From Podarcis melisellensis (lineage: Eukaryota): 64,000 bases of DNA. The notes under the pieces were generated by a model. The model was not told the origin of the DNA and did no database searches. It saw only the letters and a list, made by a program, of their open reading frames with translations. The position numbers and the translations under genes are program-made. Below, piece by piece: positions 47,031 to 60,977 of the stretch. Positions within the stretch are counted from its first letter, which is position 1. Each line of letters opens with the position of its first letter. The stretch is taken from NCBI GenBank assembly GCA_964234715.1, contig OZ174287.1, one strand, 5' to 3'.

Positions 47031-49688
47031 AATCAGAGGCCTGGCTGCGCTCTTTTGTTGTTACATTGTGCCTGTGGTGTCTCTTGTTCTGTTTCTTGCC
47101 CTGCCCTGCTCCCTCTCTGCCAGCTTCTATAGCAGGGAAAGGTGGACATCTTTGCCTTGCCTTGAAAGAACCCAGAAGCCTTGGCTTCTTCCTTCCCCTT
47201 GATCCGCCTCCCCCCACCACCTCTGTATGCCTTGTGTGTGTGTGTGTGATGTCCCGCTTTTCCTTCTGGTGACCGACGACACTCCTGGTCCGTGGCCATA
47301 ACACCGAAATGTCTCCGGAGCTGGGACGACGCCTGACTCGCGGACTTCTAGAAATAAAAGAGAATCTATTTAAACATTGCCAGGGTCTCTGTTGTTCTTT
47401 CTTTCTCCCCGCAGAGTTCTAGATGGAGAGTTTCACGCACACCGTACCAAAAGATGTACAGGGAGCTGCATTGGGCTTATGTCCTATTTTGCCAATTGTT
47501 GTTGACTCCAGGGATAGCCAGTGAATGCAGTGCCTTCAATAAGTTGTGGACTGCAGCTCCCATCGTAAGGACATAAGAAGCGTCTGCTGGTTCAGACCAG
47601 TGGCCCCCCTGATCCAACATCCTGTTCCCAGTGGCCACCCAGATGCCTGTAGGAATCCAGCAAGCAGAACCCCAGAGCACTCTTCCCTCCTGTCGTTTCC
47701 AGCAAGTGGTATTTTTAAGCATTTTCTGCCTCCAACCATTGAGGCAGATTATAGCAGTTAGTAGCCATTGATAGCCCTACCCTCCCTGACCAGTGACCAT
47801 GCTGGCCAGGGGTGATGGTGGTCTCCAGATGTTTTGGACAAATACTTTCTTTCCATGTTGAGTGGCAGATTGTGTTCCCCTCACCTTGCCCTTCTTTTTG
47901 AGAGTCTTTGAAGCCAGGGGCTTGAATCTCTTCTATATAGCTGTTCAGCTATGCTTCTTAATGACCTAGCTATCAAAGTGTGTGTCTCCATTTCCCCCAG
48001 AAAAGTGTTGAGCGAAATAGTGGTGAAGACTGTAGATCATGCAGCATCAAGGTCTTTGCTGGTTAGCTTTTCTTAGAAGAAGCCACATTAGTTTTTATTC
48101 ACTACTGCACAGAAAATTGTTTCTGATCATGGATAGTTTGAGGAATTAATATGGGACGTAGAGCTGGAATCATCTGAATGCTATTTAGATTACTGCTAAT
48201 AATTCCTGTAATATTTGGGAAGTGTGGATTACAGAAGATCTTTTGGTTTGAGAAAAATCTAGCATATTAACCTGGTAATTCCATTGCAGATTGGCTAGAG
48301 GCCTATAGAATAGGAATATCACATGCAAAAGTAAATATGGGTATACAGTAAAAAGAAAATATGGGTATACAGTACTGCAATGCTTTTAGTTAACCATTGT
48401 ACTACATAGAACACAGCCCAATTTGCAATCAAATGGAAGGGAAAATGGATATGATAGTCTTTAAGTGAGCAGGATTGATAAGATGTCTATCTTTTTTAGT
48501 GGCTTGACCATAAACTCAATTGGGTGTGCTAACGACCCCCAACCCTGTATCTCTAGGTTTTGAAAAATGTTGGATATAGAACAAAGGGACAGTCATCAGC
48601 TTGGGCTATCCTCAGTAAATGCACAAATCAGGCTTTCGTGTGGTCTTGTAGTATTTCACAGTTCAAACTTAGCATAATGAGGGAAGCCATCATTTCCCAA
48701 GTGTGGGCTATTTTGGAGTCATGGACTATGTACTTGGAAAGAGTGGTGGTTTCCTAATTCCCATTCAGCTAGGAAAATGCTCAATTGTTTGAAAGCACAA
48801 GTGCTAAGGGATGGAAGGTGCTGACAAATCTCTGGATTCAGCCAGAATAACAATTAACTTCTGCACAAGTGGATTTGATTTTCTCCGAATATATATGCTG
48901 GTCCAGTGTTTGGCTGGATGAGGACAGTACACGAGGGACACAGAAAATATACAGCAGAAAAATAATTATGCACATTTAGAAGGTTGTACATATATCTAAG
49001 CTCGATGACTAAGCAGCCCCCTTAAGGCCATAGTTCCGCCCCTTTGGCTGAAACCCTCTGGATCCACGGAACGCAGCGCTGCCTGGCCTGTCTAGACTCT
49101 GCTAACTGGCAGCCACTCACACCCCAGGGGCTTCAGACGGAGCTCTTTCCTACAACATAACAGCGTTGATGGGCGGTAGGGTTGCAAATCATTCCGCTTT
49201 GGGAGTGGGGGCACTTTAAAATCCCTTTCCCACCCGCCCCCGCATGGCTCATCACGCCCCTCAACTGAGCCCTCAGAAAGTCAGGAGGCGCATCCTCGCC
49301 TCCATTTCAGGAGGCTCCCTCCCTCCAGCAGCTTCCGCCCGTGATACTAGGCCACTTCCAGACCGACATCCTTCTGCCTCCCAAGAGACAGAGACAGACC
49401 TTTTGAACTCCAACTCCCATCAGCCCCAGCCGGCAAGGCCGACCGCGACGAATGACGGGGGCTGTAGTTCAGCAGAACCTGAAGTCCCATAAGGGGGCCT
49501 CCAGGCACGCTTTCGTTCTCGACCCCTAGCTACGTGCAAACACCTTGTGAAGTGCTGTCTAACTAATACCATGTTCATATTTAAAAGGGATGCGCGTCAG
49601 TTAAATAACAGTTGGGGGTGTTATTGTTCTTATTTTGATTTTATATATTGTGATTTTTTTATGTGAACGCCCTGAGACATTCGGGTAT

Positions 49689-49826
49689 NNNNNNNNNNNN
49701 NNNNNNNNNNNNNNNNNNNNNNNNNNNNNNNNNNNNNNNNNNNNNNNNNNNNNNNNNNNNNNNNNNNNNNNNNNNNNNNNNNNNNNNNNNNNNNNNNNNN
49801 NNNNNNNNNNNNNNNNNNNNNNNNNN
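49689..49826. other. Assembly gap (N run)
   Basis: Run of n. Confidence 0.99.
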
Positions 49827-50250
49827 TTTCCGTCACTTCCGCCGGAGTGTCAGCGGCACCTTTTAAACCCCAGCATGGCCGGCATACTTTTTCCGCCCCG
49901 CCCCGCCCTTTTCCGTCACATCCGATGAGTCAAGGTCCCGCCCCTTCAAAGGGATAGCGGAGAGAAGCCCCGCCTCACCAGCGCCCCTTCTTGGTCCTAG
50001 AAGGAAGCGGAAGTGACGTCCAGCGCCCAGTAGTTGGTGGGAGAGCCGGAAAGAGAGAGGGGGAGGGGCCGGGCCCGGGAGCCGGAGGGAGCCGCGGAGC
50101 AGCCGCCACCGTCGCCGCCGCCGCTACCGGGACCCCAGGTAGGCGCCCGGGAGGTGGGGCGTCCGCCGAGGGAGGGGGAGACGTCCTTTCCTTTGGCTCC
50201 TGGCCGCGGGCGGGGGCGCCGGGCAAAGTTGGTTGCCATAGAGACAGCAG
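49827..50250 (+). promoter_or_regulatory. PPP4C: PPP4C CpG-island promoter and exon 1
   Basis: Tandem ETS/ETS-CRE GGAAGCGGAAGTGACGTC at 50003-50020, GC boxes, AP-1, X-box GTTGCCATAGAGAC at 50232-50245, and donor at 50138. Confidence 0.8.
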
Positions 50251-51726
50251 CCTGTGGGGTCGGGAGGGGGAAGAGGGGAGAGTTGTCACCTGGAGGGAGG
50301 CTCTGGGCGCTTTTCACAAGCGAGACGGCCAGAGCTTCCTGGGGGAGCGGGGCAGGTGGGGCCCATGAGGAGGAGGCGGGAGAAAGAGGGGCTTCTCTCC
50401 CCTCAGGCTCATGGAGGAGGCAGGCGTCGCTCTGTCTTGGGGGTGTCCAGCCTCGTGGAGTGAAGTGTTTTATGTTTCCCCCCGAAAGGAAGGCTTTTTG
50501 GAAAGGGATGGGCGTGGGGTGGAAGGTGGCCCTTCTGAGGGTGCGAGGGAATACAGCAAGTAGCACCTGGCTGAGTAGGTTTTATTAACTTGCTTGATTT
50601 CTTTATATGCAAATATCCCTTTGCCCTTTTAATGGCTAGTTTAGGGGATATGGGCTCATTTAGAAGCGTGTGGGGGGCAGAGAAGCAAAGATGGGTGCCA
50701 TGATGGGAAGATCTTAGGGACCTATAGGGTGGCATTGTCATAGTAACAGGAGGTAGTTGGTCATGCTCTGCTCTCTCCTTTGATGTGACTCATCACTCCT
50801 TATCTTAAAAAGTTCTGGGTATCATTGGGCAAAGAGATCAGATAGCGAGGTGGAGACCTGGCCTTTTGAATGAGATGGTTGGGTGGAGGCACCTTCTCAT
50901 TACTGTTGGATAAGAAAGATGGAGAAGGTGGGAACTTTTTCCTAGGAGATAAGAAACACTCACTCTGTTGGTGTTGAAAATAAGTCCTGGGACACAACAT
51001 AAAGATTTCACCACCCTCTCCCCTCAGATAACTGAAGTGTGTAGAACAATGATCATTGTTTTTATAACAATGCATTTGATTTTACTGCCTTCCAAATCTA
51101 TGTATTGCCTTTTCAGTGTATGAGACAGTTTGCATAAATCTTTGGAGAAGCTTGAAAGAGAGTGCCTCTGATACCAACAACCTCATATTATCAGAGGGTC
51201 TGAAAGTATAGTCTTTTCCAGCACTTTTTAGTAATACACATATATAAATATAATCCAGCTTGGGTTTAATTCACTTTCTTATTTGTCTTTGTTTTGTTAC
51301 AGTTTGCGAAGTTTCTTTACAGGTGCTTCAGGGTAGTATACTATCCTGGGGTTTACTATATAGATCAGCCTTCCCTAACCTGGTGTCCTCCAGATGTTTT
51401 GGTCTCCTATCAGCCCCAGCCTGCTTGACCAATAGAAATTAATAGTCCAGCAAAATTTAGAGAGCACCAGCTTGGGAAAAGCTGATATAGATTATAAGTC
51501 TCCCCCTTACTGATATTCCGTGTGATTCTTCCTACAATAGTAGAAAACAACATAGAGCTCAGGGCCTATTATTTGACTTTTACTCTCATCCTTTTTGATG
51601 GAAATATTTTCTGGGTGTATGTGCTCGATTCCTTTTCCCCATTGCCATCAAAGCTGTATGCCTTGATGTTAAATGTTAATTTTTTTAAAAAAGTTGACTG
51701 CAATTTTATTCCTACAAGGGGGCAAG

Positions 51727-54700
51727 ATGGCCGAAATCAGTGACCTTGATCGTCAGATTGAGCAGTTGCGGCGCTGTGAGCTCATCAAGGAGAGCGAGGT
51801 CAAAGCCCTCTGTGCCAAGGCCAGGTGAGTGTTGCCTGACATCTATAAGAATACCTGTTCTAAGACTGTAAAATGCAATCAATTATGGTGTAGAGTGTCT
51901 GTGTGAGACACATTTCCTTTTCTTTCTCTGCAGAGAGATCTTGGTGGAAGAAAGCAACGTCCAGAGAGTAGATTCCCCAGTAACAGTGAGTCTTGTTTTT
52001 AAGCGAATGTTCATCTGTGTTTGGGGACTCAAATGCTGGCAGCAATAACACCTGAACTTTTTATTTAATCCTTTAAAAAAAATTTGCTGTCACAAGGCAT
52101 TTTACAAATAAGAAACTGAAGCATGCTGCTGATTTTTTTAAAAAAAACATCCTTTGAAGCAGGTTGAGGGAGGCCAAAGGTGACTTTCTAGGACAGTATC
52201 TGGCCTTCAGAACTATTCCATATGCCATGTTACCGTGTAATATCCTCATGTGTTTTTGCCTCAATTGGAACATGTGCTTGAAATGTAATCATGTCTCTTT
52301 CCTGGATGGAAATTTGGTGTGTGTCTGCGTAGGTGTACAAACCTCTTGAGTTTTGCCTGACTGGAATGTAGTCTTGTATAAGAGGTACAAGTCACAGCTG
52401 TTTCTCCATCCATTTCTGCCTTTGGCCTCATTCCCTACTAGCAGGCAGAAACTGGACACAGGCCAACAGTGGAATGTGAAAAAGGTTCTCCTCTCTTGCC
52501 TTAATGAATGAACAGTAACAGAAGAAAAAGAATATCAAAACACAGCACCTGGATTCTTCTGAAAGTTCCAAAGTTCTTTTGAATAAGAGGAATGACAGAG
52601 GGAACACATATTTCCCTGGGGGTGTAGTTTCAAGAATGTTGTGCTATCACAAAAAATGCCATCCCCGTGCCAATCTAGTGATTACTGGTGGGCAGAGAGA
52701 AAGGCCTTGGTCTTTCAGATATACTGGACTAGGTATGATAGTAGTAATAGCCACCTTGAGAACATTAAAGAGTTCAATATTCTTTCCAGGTTTGTGGGGA
52801 TATCCATGGCCAGTTCTATGACCTTAAAGAGCTCTTCAGGGTGAGTACTGCTCAGGCATCCAATTCCAGTGCCCACCTTCAGCTTTCAAGCTCTTCTGGG
52901 ACAATATATTTACCTGCCCTTTGTTTCTCTCCTGCAGGTGGGTGGTGATGTGCCTGAGACCAACTATCTCTTCATGGGTGACTTTGTCGACCGTGGCTTC
53001 TACAGTGTTGAAACATTCTTGCTACTGCTGGCGCTCAAGGTTAGGAACGACCTTTGCCCTTAATGAATCCAAGGATGCTTTCCTTGTTCTACCTGAGTAG
53101 AGATGTTGGGAATTCTGGGTTACATAACATTTCCATGTCTGTGGTCTATGCCGGTTTGGTTGTTTTCCCTTACAGGTCCGGTACCCTGACAGGATCACCC
53201 TGATCCGTGGCAACCATGAGAGCAGACAGATCACCCAAGTATATGGCTTTTACGATGAGTGCCTGAGGAAATATGGCTCTGTCACCGTTTGGCGCTACTG
53301 CACTGAGATCTTTGACTACCTCAGCCTCTCTGCTATCATTGATGGCAAGGTAAGCATGCTGTGTGTGTGTTTATGATGGTAGGAGTATTTGAGAAAGAGT
53401 GTGCGCCTAAAAGAACACTTAGGTTTTCTGGTGTGAGAATAGAGTGCAACAGTTAGACTAAAGTGGGAAGGCAACAGCATGAGTTTCAATGTGGTGGGTG
53501 GGGAGGTGCTGTTTGGCCCTAGGCTAGAACTTCTACATGTAGCTTTCCAAATGCACACATTCCTTTTCTGTTGCAGATTTTCTGTGTCCATGGTGGTCTG
53601 TCCCCATCCATCCAGACACTGGACCAGATTCGAACGATAGATCGCAAACAGGAGGTTCCTCATGATGGTCCCATGTGTGATCTTCTTTGGTCTGACCCTG
53701 AAGGTATATTTGTGTGTGGAGTGGGGTGGTTTTGTGTGTGTGTGTGTGTGCGCCATGCATGAAGGAGAAAGGAATCTTTGCGTGTTGGATATCGTTAAGA
53801 TGGTAATAGTATTTGTTCCAGGAAAAGTTTAATAGGTTAAACAGTATTAGGAGTAGAGCGTACTAGGAAGAGCCGTGTAGGCCAAGTGGAAGAGTGTTGA
53901 GCCTTTAATTCTGACTTAAAATTGCACTGAAACCGAAAGAGGCGGAGTCTGTTACCAAGAGGTCCCCAGCAACTTTGATCTGACCTTGTACTTCCGTGCA
54001 AGCTGCTAAAGAGAGATCACAATTGATATGATGGAGTTCTGAGCACTCCGTGGAACTTATTTAATGAATCTGTCCTGTGTTTTTAGTTCTTTATGTTGTA
54101 AGTGAATGAATAGGGTCTCACTTATTGGAAGGGAGAGGACGCTATATCTCTGTGGGTTTAATGCCCGATAAACTGCACAGTGAGCTAAAGGAATATTTGT
54201 TTATTTGTTTTTGTTTTTGTTTTAAAGCTTCTATTTCTTCTACTGCTTAGTGCAGTGTTCCAAAAATCTCTAAAACAAGAACCTTTGAGTCTTTGATCTA
54301 GAGAAGATCAGGTATTTTGTGCCCCCATCATTTCATCTCACTCTGGTTCTTTTTAAAGGGGTAAAAATGGACATGGAGCAGCCCAAGCAGTGTGGGGTGA
54401 GGGCTTTATACGAAATCCTGCCTCTTGGCCAACTGCTGATCAGCTTTGTTCTATAAGTTCATCAAGAGCAGCTGCCCTTTCCCCTAGTCGATCATGCCCG
54501 GTACTTGGTTTCCTTTGTGTCGTAAGCCCAGCTTTTCTGTCCTTTGCAGATACCACAGGCTGGGGGGTGAGCCCACGAGGTGCCGGCTACTTATTCGGCA
54601 GTGACGTGGTGGCGCAATTCAACGCGGCGAACGACATCGACATGATCTGTCGAGCGCATCAGCTGGTCATGGAGGGGTACAAGTGGCACTTCAACGAAAC

Positions 54701-55047
54701 AGTTCTTACTGTGTGGTCAGCTCCCAACTACTGCTACCGGTGAGGAGACAAAAGGGATGGGTGTGGAATAGGGGGCAGATATAGCAAGCCTAGCACTGTG
54801 TACCGTTTGAGCTGTGTGGCATATAGGAGGGATTGCAGGGTCAGTCTGGGTGGAAGGGTGGCATTGATGAAACTGGAGGCATCCCATTGTGACCCTTCTC
54901 CTCTGCTCTGCACACAGCTGTGGGAATGTGGCAGCCATCCTGGAACTGGATGAACACCTTCAGAAGGAATTTATTATCTTTGAAGCTGCCCCCCAAGAAA
55001 CTCGAGGCATCCCGTCTAAGAAGCCTGTTGCGGACTACTTCCTGTGA
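51727..55047 (+). CDS. PPP4C: Serine/threonine-protein phosphatase 4 catalytic subunit, 307 aa. Exons 51727-51824, 51934-51985, 52790-52840, 52938-53039, 53176-53349, 53577-53703, 54550-54739, 54918-55047
   Basis: Translation [33 protein letters not shown]...GDIHGQ...GDFVDRG...RGNHES...SAPNYC...PVADYFL*. CDS sums to 924 nt. Non-coding exon 1 ends at 50138 (CAG|GTAGGC). Confidence 0.98.
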
Positions 55048-57258
55048 ATGCTTCTTCCATCTCCCCCCACCCTCCCCTCGTGCGGCTTCTGTTTTTCTTG
55101 TCCTGGCTGGGGTGGGCAGCCTCTTTGAAGTTTGGCAGGGTTCAGGTCTCTTCTCCCCCCCCCCCCACCGCCCCACTCCATTCCCCTTGCCCAATAAACC
55201 CTCCGTTCTGGACCCCTTAGACTGAATTGGCCATCTTTTTCCACACTACTGAATTCCAGCCAGTCGCTTTATAGTCTCTTCAGGGCTGCCCTAGTTTTTA
55301 TTCTCCGCCCGAAACACATTTTTGGGACCTCTGGTCATTGAAAAACCTAGAACTCTGTCGATCTCAGATCACTCCAGGCGAAACGGGGGGGGAAAGGTCA
55401 ACCCAGAAATGGAGAGAAGCTGTAGATCTTCAGAGTTCTATGGTTTCCTAGGGGCGCAGCTGACAGCCTCCCAGCCTAATTCTCTAGCTCATCTGCAGTG
55501 CGACTGGAAATTATTTATAGAGGATGTATCAGATGGAGAGAACTGGACTTGGAAATAAAGAGGAAACCAGTGACCAAAGAATATCTGCAACTGTTAGGAG
55601 GATGAGGTCTCTGGACTAGTTCTCTGCTTCTACGTCACTTAGGTGCTTCCTGGTTTAACTCTTTTTTTAAAACAAAAATATTTTTACTTTTTGGTCGGCT
55701 GATCTTTGAACTCCGGTTTTGGTGCCATTCCATAGCATTTAAGCAGAGAATAGGAAGTGCTTCAAACCTTGCTGTGTCTGGTTGCTGGAAGACCTAGAAC
55801 GCTGGTTTCTTCGCACTTCGGTGATAGTTTGCTTGAGCTACATGGAGTAGATGAACATAGACTGGGAAGTGGTTCCTCTGTGTGCCGCCATATCTCATTC
55901 CCACTTTCCTCAAACATTTATTGGCCACTGGAAGGTTAAACTTTTCCCACCTTTTTGCCAGACTTTGCAAAATAAATAAATAAAATTAAAATAAAGTAGA
56001 CTTTCTGGTCACTGGAGGATGCAAATGCTTTATGAAATCCATTTAAACTTTTTTGTGGTGGATTTATTAAATGTATTATTGGCAAATCTATATCCTGTTT
56101 ACCCTGCCGCTCCTTCTCCTTGAGTGGGGAGACTGGGACCATATCACGCTAGTTAATTTGACCAATGGGGCGTGTTCTCTGTCTCTCTCCATCCCTCCAT
56201 ATCCTACCCCCTGTGGGGTTGGTGTATCCAAATCCCACCCACCACAGGGTCAAAATCTCCCACCCCCTCCCCTTTATTCCTGTGAAGGGATACTCACATT
56301 CAATCCAGATATCTACTTAGAGTTAGAAGGGGAAGGTGGAACTTCCTGCCACTTTTCTTACGTCTAGGAGTGCTTTCCCCTCCGATGATCTGTCTCTTGC
56401 TCTAATTTTATTTTGTTTTCATTTTGGGTTTTTTCCTATTTACAACTTTTAGATAAAAAAATTCTAATAAAACTAAAAAAAAATTGACATTTTGTACGTT
56501 GCGTATTTCTGTGGCCACATGATTTGTGAGCAGGGTGCATGTTGAATGCTGCCAGATCCTGGGCAGAAATATCTGTGTAGGTGTCCTCTTTGTCCTTCCT
56601 TACCTCCCAAACCTGCTTGGCTCCTGCAAAGAGTGGGGGATGAGATGAGCTCCATACTTTCACTGTTGGGGAGTGTTTCCACTTTCTTTACTGAGTTGAA
56701 GCTGACAGAATATAGGGTCAAGCAATCTTCACGGCCTTTAATCATACCACAGGGAGAATCTGTCTACCGCAGAGCTTGTTATCTAATACATGATACTACT
56801 ACTTCCTACATTTTTTACAAACGAGTTTCTCACTTGATGGTGCTGCTTCTCGAGGCAGGTTTGTGCTACACACACCCATTAATACTTCTTGCCCCAAAAC
56901 TGCGCTCTGCAACTGAGAACTGCCCCGATTTATTTAACCTGTTTTGGTGAAATGTCTTAAAAGGATCTGCTGAAGCCTTCTGACGTATAGCTTTAAACCA
57001 GTCAAGCTGGCTGTCTGGCAGAGCAGAAATCTAGGCTGGAATTTCAGAATTCTAGCTTGCTTAAATATGTCATGGAAGAAAACAGACGTACACTATGTTA
57101 TGACCTTAAAATTGTTTAATTATAAGACAGGCAGGATACAGACAAGTTGACCCTTCCCAACATGGACAGTAATAAAGAAACAGGGAAAGCCATGAGATCT
57201 AGCAGGGGAAACAATACCTAGAAGACAGGAATTCCAGGGTTTGTGGGAGGAGCAAGAG

Positions 57259-60200
57259 TTAGAGCATAGGTGGCTGAGAGCCAGGATAGCCAGAGGGGGG
57301 CCCATAGACGCGAGGTGGAGGTGGGTAGGGTGTGAAGCTGAATTTGAAAGGGGGAAAGGAGGAGGTATCGGGGGGTTCTGTTCCCCCAAGGAAAGGAGTA
57401 ATATCCAACCCATTCCAACTCGCCGGGAGCATAGGTTTGAAATCTGATTGCTCAGGAGGTGACTTGGTAGTTGGGGATGATGGAGGACCTGCCATTTCTT
57501 GACTTGGGCTGTGGGGAAAAGATGAGGGGTAAGTCAAACACTGATAAAAGTGCAGGTGCCCCCCATTTGAGTGGCTCAACATGACCAAACTTCCAACTGC
57601 GTGTATCTGCCCAACTACACCTCCCCACAGACAGCTGTAGTTTTTCTGTATGCTACTGGTTCTAGCTTCCCCATAGATAATGCCACAGCCCTGAATGTCT
57701 TTTCTGCATTCTCGCCTTGCATATTCTTCCTGTTAAATGTCATATTGTGCGGGACGTTGGCCACAGTAATCAGTACATGGTTAATTCTGGTTCTACCACA
57801 GAATGGCCTTGGTAAGGGCCAAACACCTTTCTCAGAGATTTCTGCACTGGGTTGGGTTCAAGAGTAAGATGGAGTGATGAAGGATGCTTAGCATTCAAAT
57901 CTTGTGAATAATCAGAGACTCTGCCATTGCATGCAGCTGGTGATTTGTGGCTGCTCTCTGTTACGGATCAAGCACTAGCATAAGTAAAGTGGTGTTTACT
58001 CACTAAAGGCTGCAGGTTATCTATTTGTGTAGGTTTTTAAGAGACTGCTCCAGTGGCTTTTTTCATCGTGGGCATGACACTTGCTTTGTAACTTGCTTTA
58101 CAACTGTATCTTCCAGTAAGTTAAATGTTGGTTAGCAGCTACTCTGGTATGTCAGGCAGACTTCTACTTACTTTTAAAAATAGTTTTTAACTGGCACAAG
58201 TACATTTATTTGTTCAACACACCAAAAAATAGGGGGGGGGGACATCACAGCTGGTAGCCAACTGCTAACAAGAGAGGGCAATACCTATTTTCAGACTAAA
58301 AAGCAAAGTGAACTTAATATGCTAAGGACACTTGTCATGCCCTGGAGCCAGGGTGGCCATGGTAGTGCCCTGCAGATGTTGCTGAACTCCCATCTCCCAT
58401 CAGCCCCAGTCAGCATGAAGAGGGAGGCCCCATTAGCTAAAGTGGTACCTCAGGTTAAGAACAGTTTCAGGTTAAGAATGGACCTCTGGAATGAATTAAG
58501 TTCTTAACCTGAGGTATCACTGGTCTTTGCCAGGTCAGCTGCAGCAATTCTCAAAGTAAATTTTGGACAATGGGCACATAAAATCATAGAAGTCTTGAGT
58601 TGGAAGGGACCACGAGGGCCATTTGGTCCAACCCTCTGCAATTCAGGAATCTTTTGTCCAACATGGGGCTCAAACCCTCAACCCTGAGAATAAGAGTCTC
58701 GTGCTCTACTGACTTGTTTACAATGCCACGATGTAGCTGTAGAGAATTCCAGTTACAGTGGTACCTTGGTTCTCGAACTTAAATCCGTTCCAGAAGTCCG
58801 TTCATGCCATCAAAAGGAAAAAGTGCCCATTGCCACGTGGGTTTTTTTGTTCTTCAATGTATTAGGCGTGGCAAGAAATCAGAGCACTTCAAATTATTGC
58901 CTGGGTATCTTAAATGCTGTGAGGGTGCTTTCAAATCAGCCCTACCCCTCTAAAAACATTTATACCTGTTTATACCCTAAGACAGGGTTTATTCAGCCAC
59001 CAAAGGAAACCTGAACACCAGGGGTGATTCAGATCACCCAGGGATGCTCCACACCTATTTTACAAAGGCAGAAGTTTGGCATCACAGCTCTAGAACTCGG
59101 GGAATGTGACATGGCTGGCTCACCTGCCGTAGGGTGAGGGTGCCCCCCGCAAGCCATGGAAGGCGGCTGGGTGCTGCACATAAGCCTCTGCTCCGCTGGG
59201 ATTGATCCCCGCAGGGGGGTAGAAGGAGCAGGAAGGGTGTGGAAGCACAGGTGGTGGCTGTTGCTCCAGAGGTGTCTCCTCTGTTAAGGTGGAGTCGCAG
59301 GGGCCTTTCTTGCTCTCTAGGTGGAGGCGAAGTGCAGGTAGGGAAGGAAAAGCAGGCAGAAGGTTATACAATGGGAAAGGGGAATAATAAAACCGTACTC
59401 GTATGGATTTAGAAAGCACATAAATGTGGCATAGGCGGGAGTGAACCTCTAGGGACATATACAACTTTAAAAATATATATCCAAAATAACAGGTTCTCTG
59501 GAATGTTGTCTGAAATAAAGAGGGAATTCATTATAGTACCTGGGGTTGTGACCTTTTCAGGTAAGGGCCCTCTAGCAAGTTTGTGCTATCAAGGCAGAGC
59601 AGGAAGTGATTGTAATTGTGGGGAAAGACAATTCAGAGGAGGAAAAAAATATGAAGCAGCAGGTATAATTTAATGAGTTATAGGACTTGGGGTGAGGGAA
59701 GTGATGGGATGTTGTGGCGGGGGTCGCAAAAGTCAAGCAGTGAAAGGAAGCAAAAGGTGGCCATTGTATGTGGCATTGTAAGAAATGGATATACACAGGG
59801 CAGTGAGTAGCTACGGAGTTAAGGATGGTGAGGAGGAACACAGAGTATCCACTTAAATGATCCTCACTTTGTTTAATGATGTCAAGAGAGAAATGTTGTG
59901 TTTTGCTTTTAAAGTGGTGGAAGGAGACAGAGACCAGACAATGTCTTATGAAGCTAAGCGACAGAATAAGGTATGTTTGTTTCTCTTACCATTTTCCCCC
60001 ATGTTGGCTTCACATTCATTTGCCTTCATTTTCCTCTTGATTCGGGCCTCGCGCTCCCTAAATTTTGTAAGGGGGAACATAATAAGATGTGGAAAAGCAA
60101 TGGTAAAAGCCAGGAGCAGACTGTAATAATATGGTGCCCTGAGCAAGGGCAAAAATCCCGCCCCCCAATATTTCTTATTTTCTCAAGAATTCCTTTTGGC

Positions 60201-60908
60201 ATGGTTGCTTTTTTAATGGATCATCTCAGCAGGTACCAGTATAAATTTAGTAGCAGCAGTTGTTATGAGCCCATTCATCTTGGCACCCTGTAATTCTCCA
60301 GCCCAGTGAACTACAGTATTTCTCCAGTGAGGACAAGCCCATTTCCATATGGTCTACGCCCCCCCTGCCCCCCTGTCAGTGGCAAACATTTTGGGAAGGG
60401 AATCACTGCTGCCAGCTAATGTGAGGGCTGAAATAGCTCCTCTCTATGGCATTGACATCTTTCCTGATTGGGTCAGTTCACCTTTTGCTGTTCATGCCGT
60501 TCTCCCGGAAGCCCTTTGCGAAAGGGTTGCTTTCTATCTTCATCTGAGTGATCTGGGAGGGGAGGAAACAGGAAAATGTAAGGTAGGCAATTGAAAGGGT
60601 ATGATCAGATGTATACGCACATATATTTTTATGTTTTATGAGATTTGGTTTAGCGTACGAGCACAGATATATGATCAATATTTCCACTTTTGTATTATGT
60701 TTTCAAAAATGATAGAATACTGGCATATGCTGACAGCATATTCAAGTTTCAGAACCTAGGGCAAAACTTTTGCTTTTGCGTGGGCTTCTGTAATAGAGGA
60801 GACAGTCAACAAAGGCAGCTCTCCTAAACACCTCTCTACTCTTGCTGGTACTAGTTCTTACCTAGATGTGAGCTGTTTGCTGTGTTACTGTTTTTTCCAG
60901 GTTTGGGG

Positions 60909-60977
<69 letters not shown>

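Noticed and set aside
49975-50588. Several long overlapping ORFs
   Set aside because: GC-rich, stop-poor PPP4C promoter and exon 1; low-complexity peptides with no domain.
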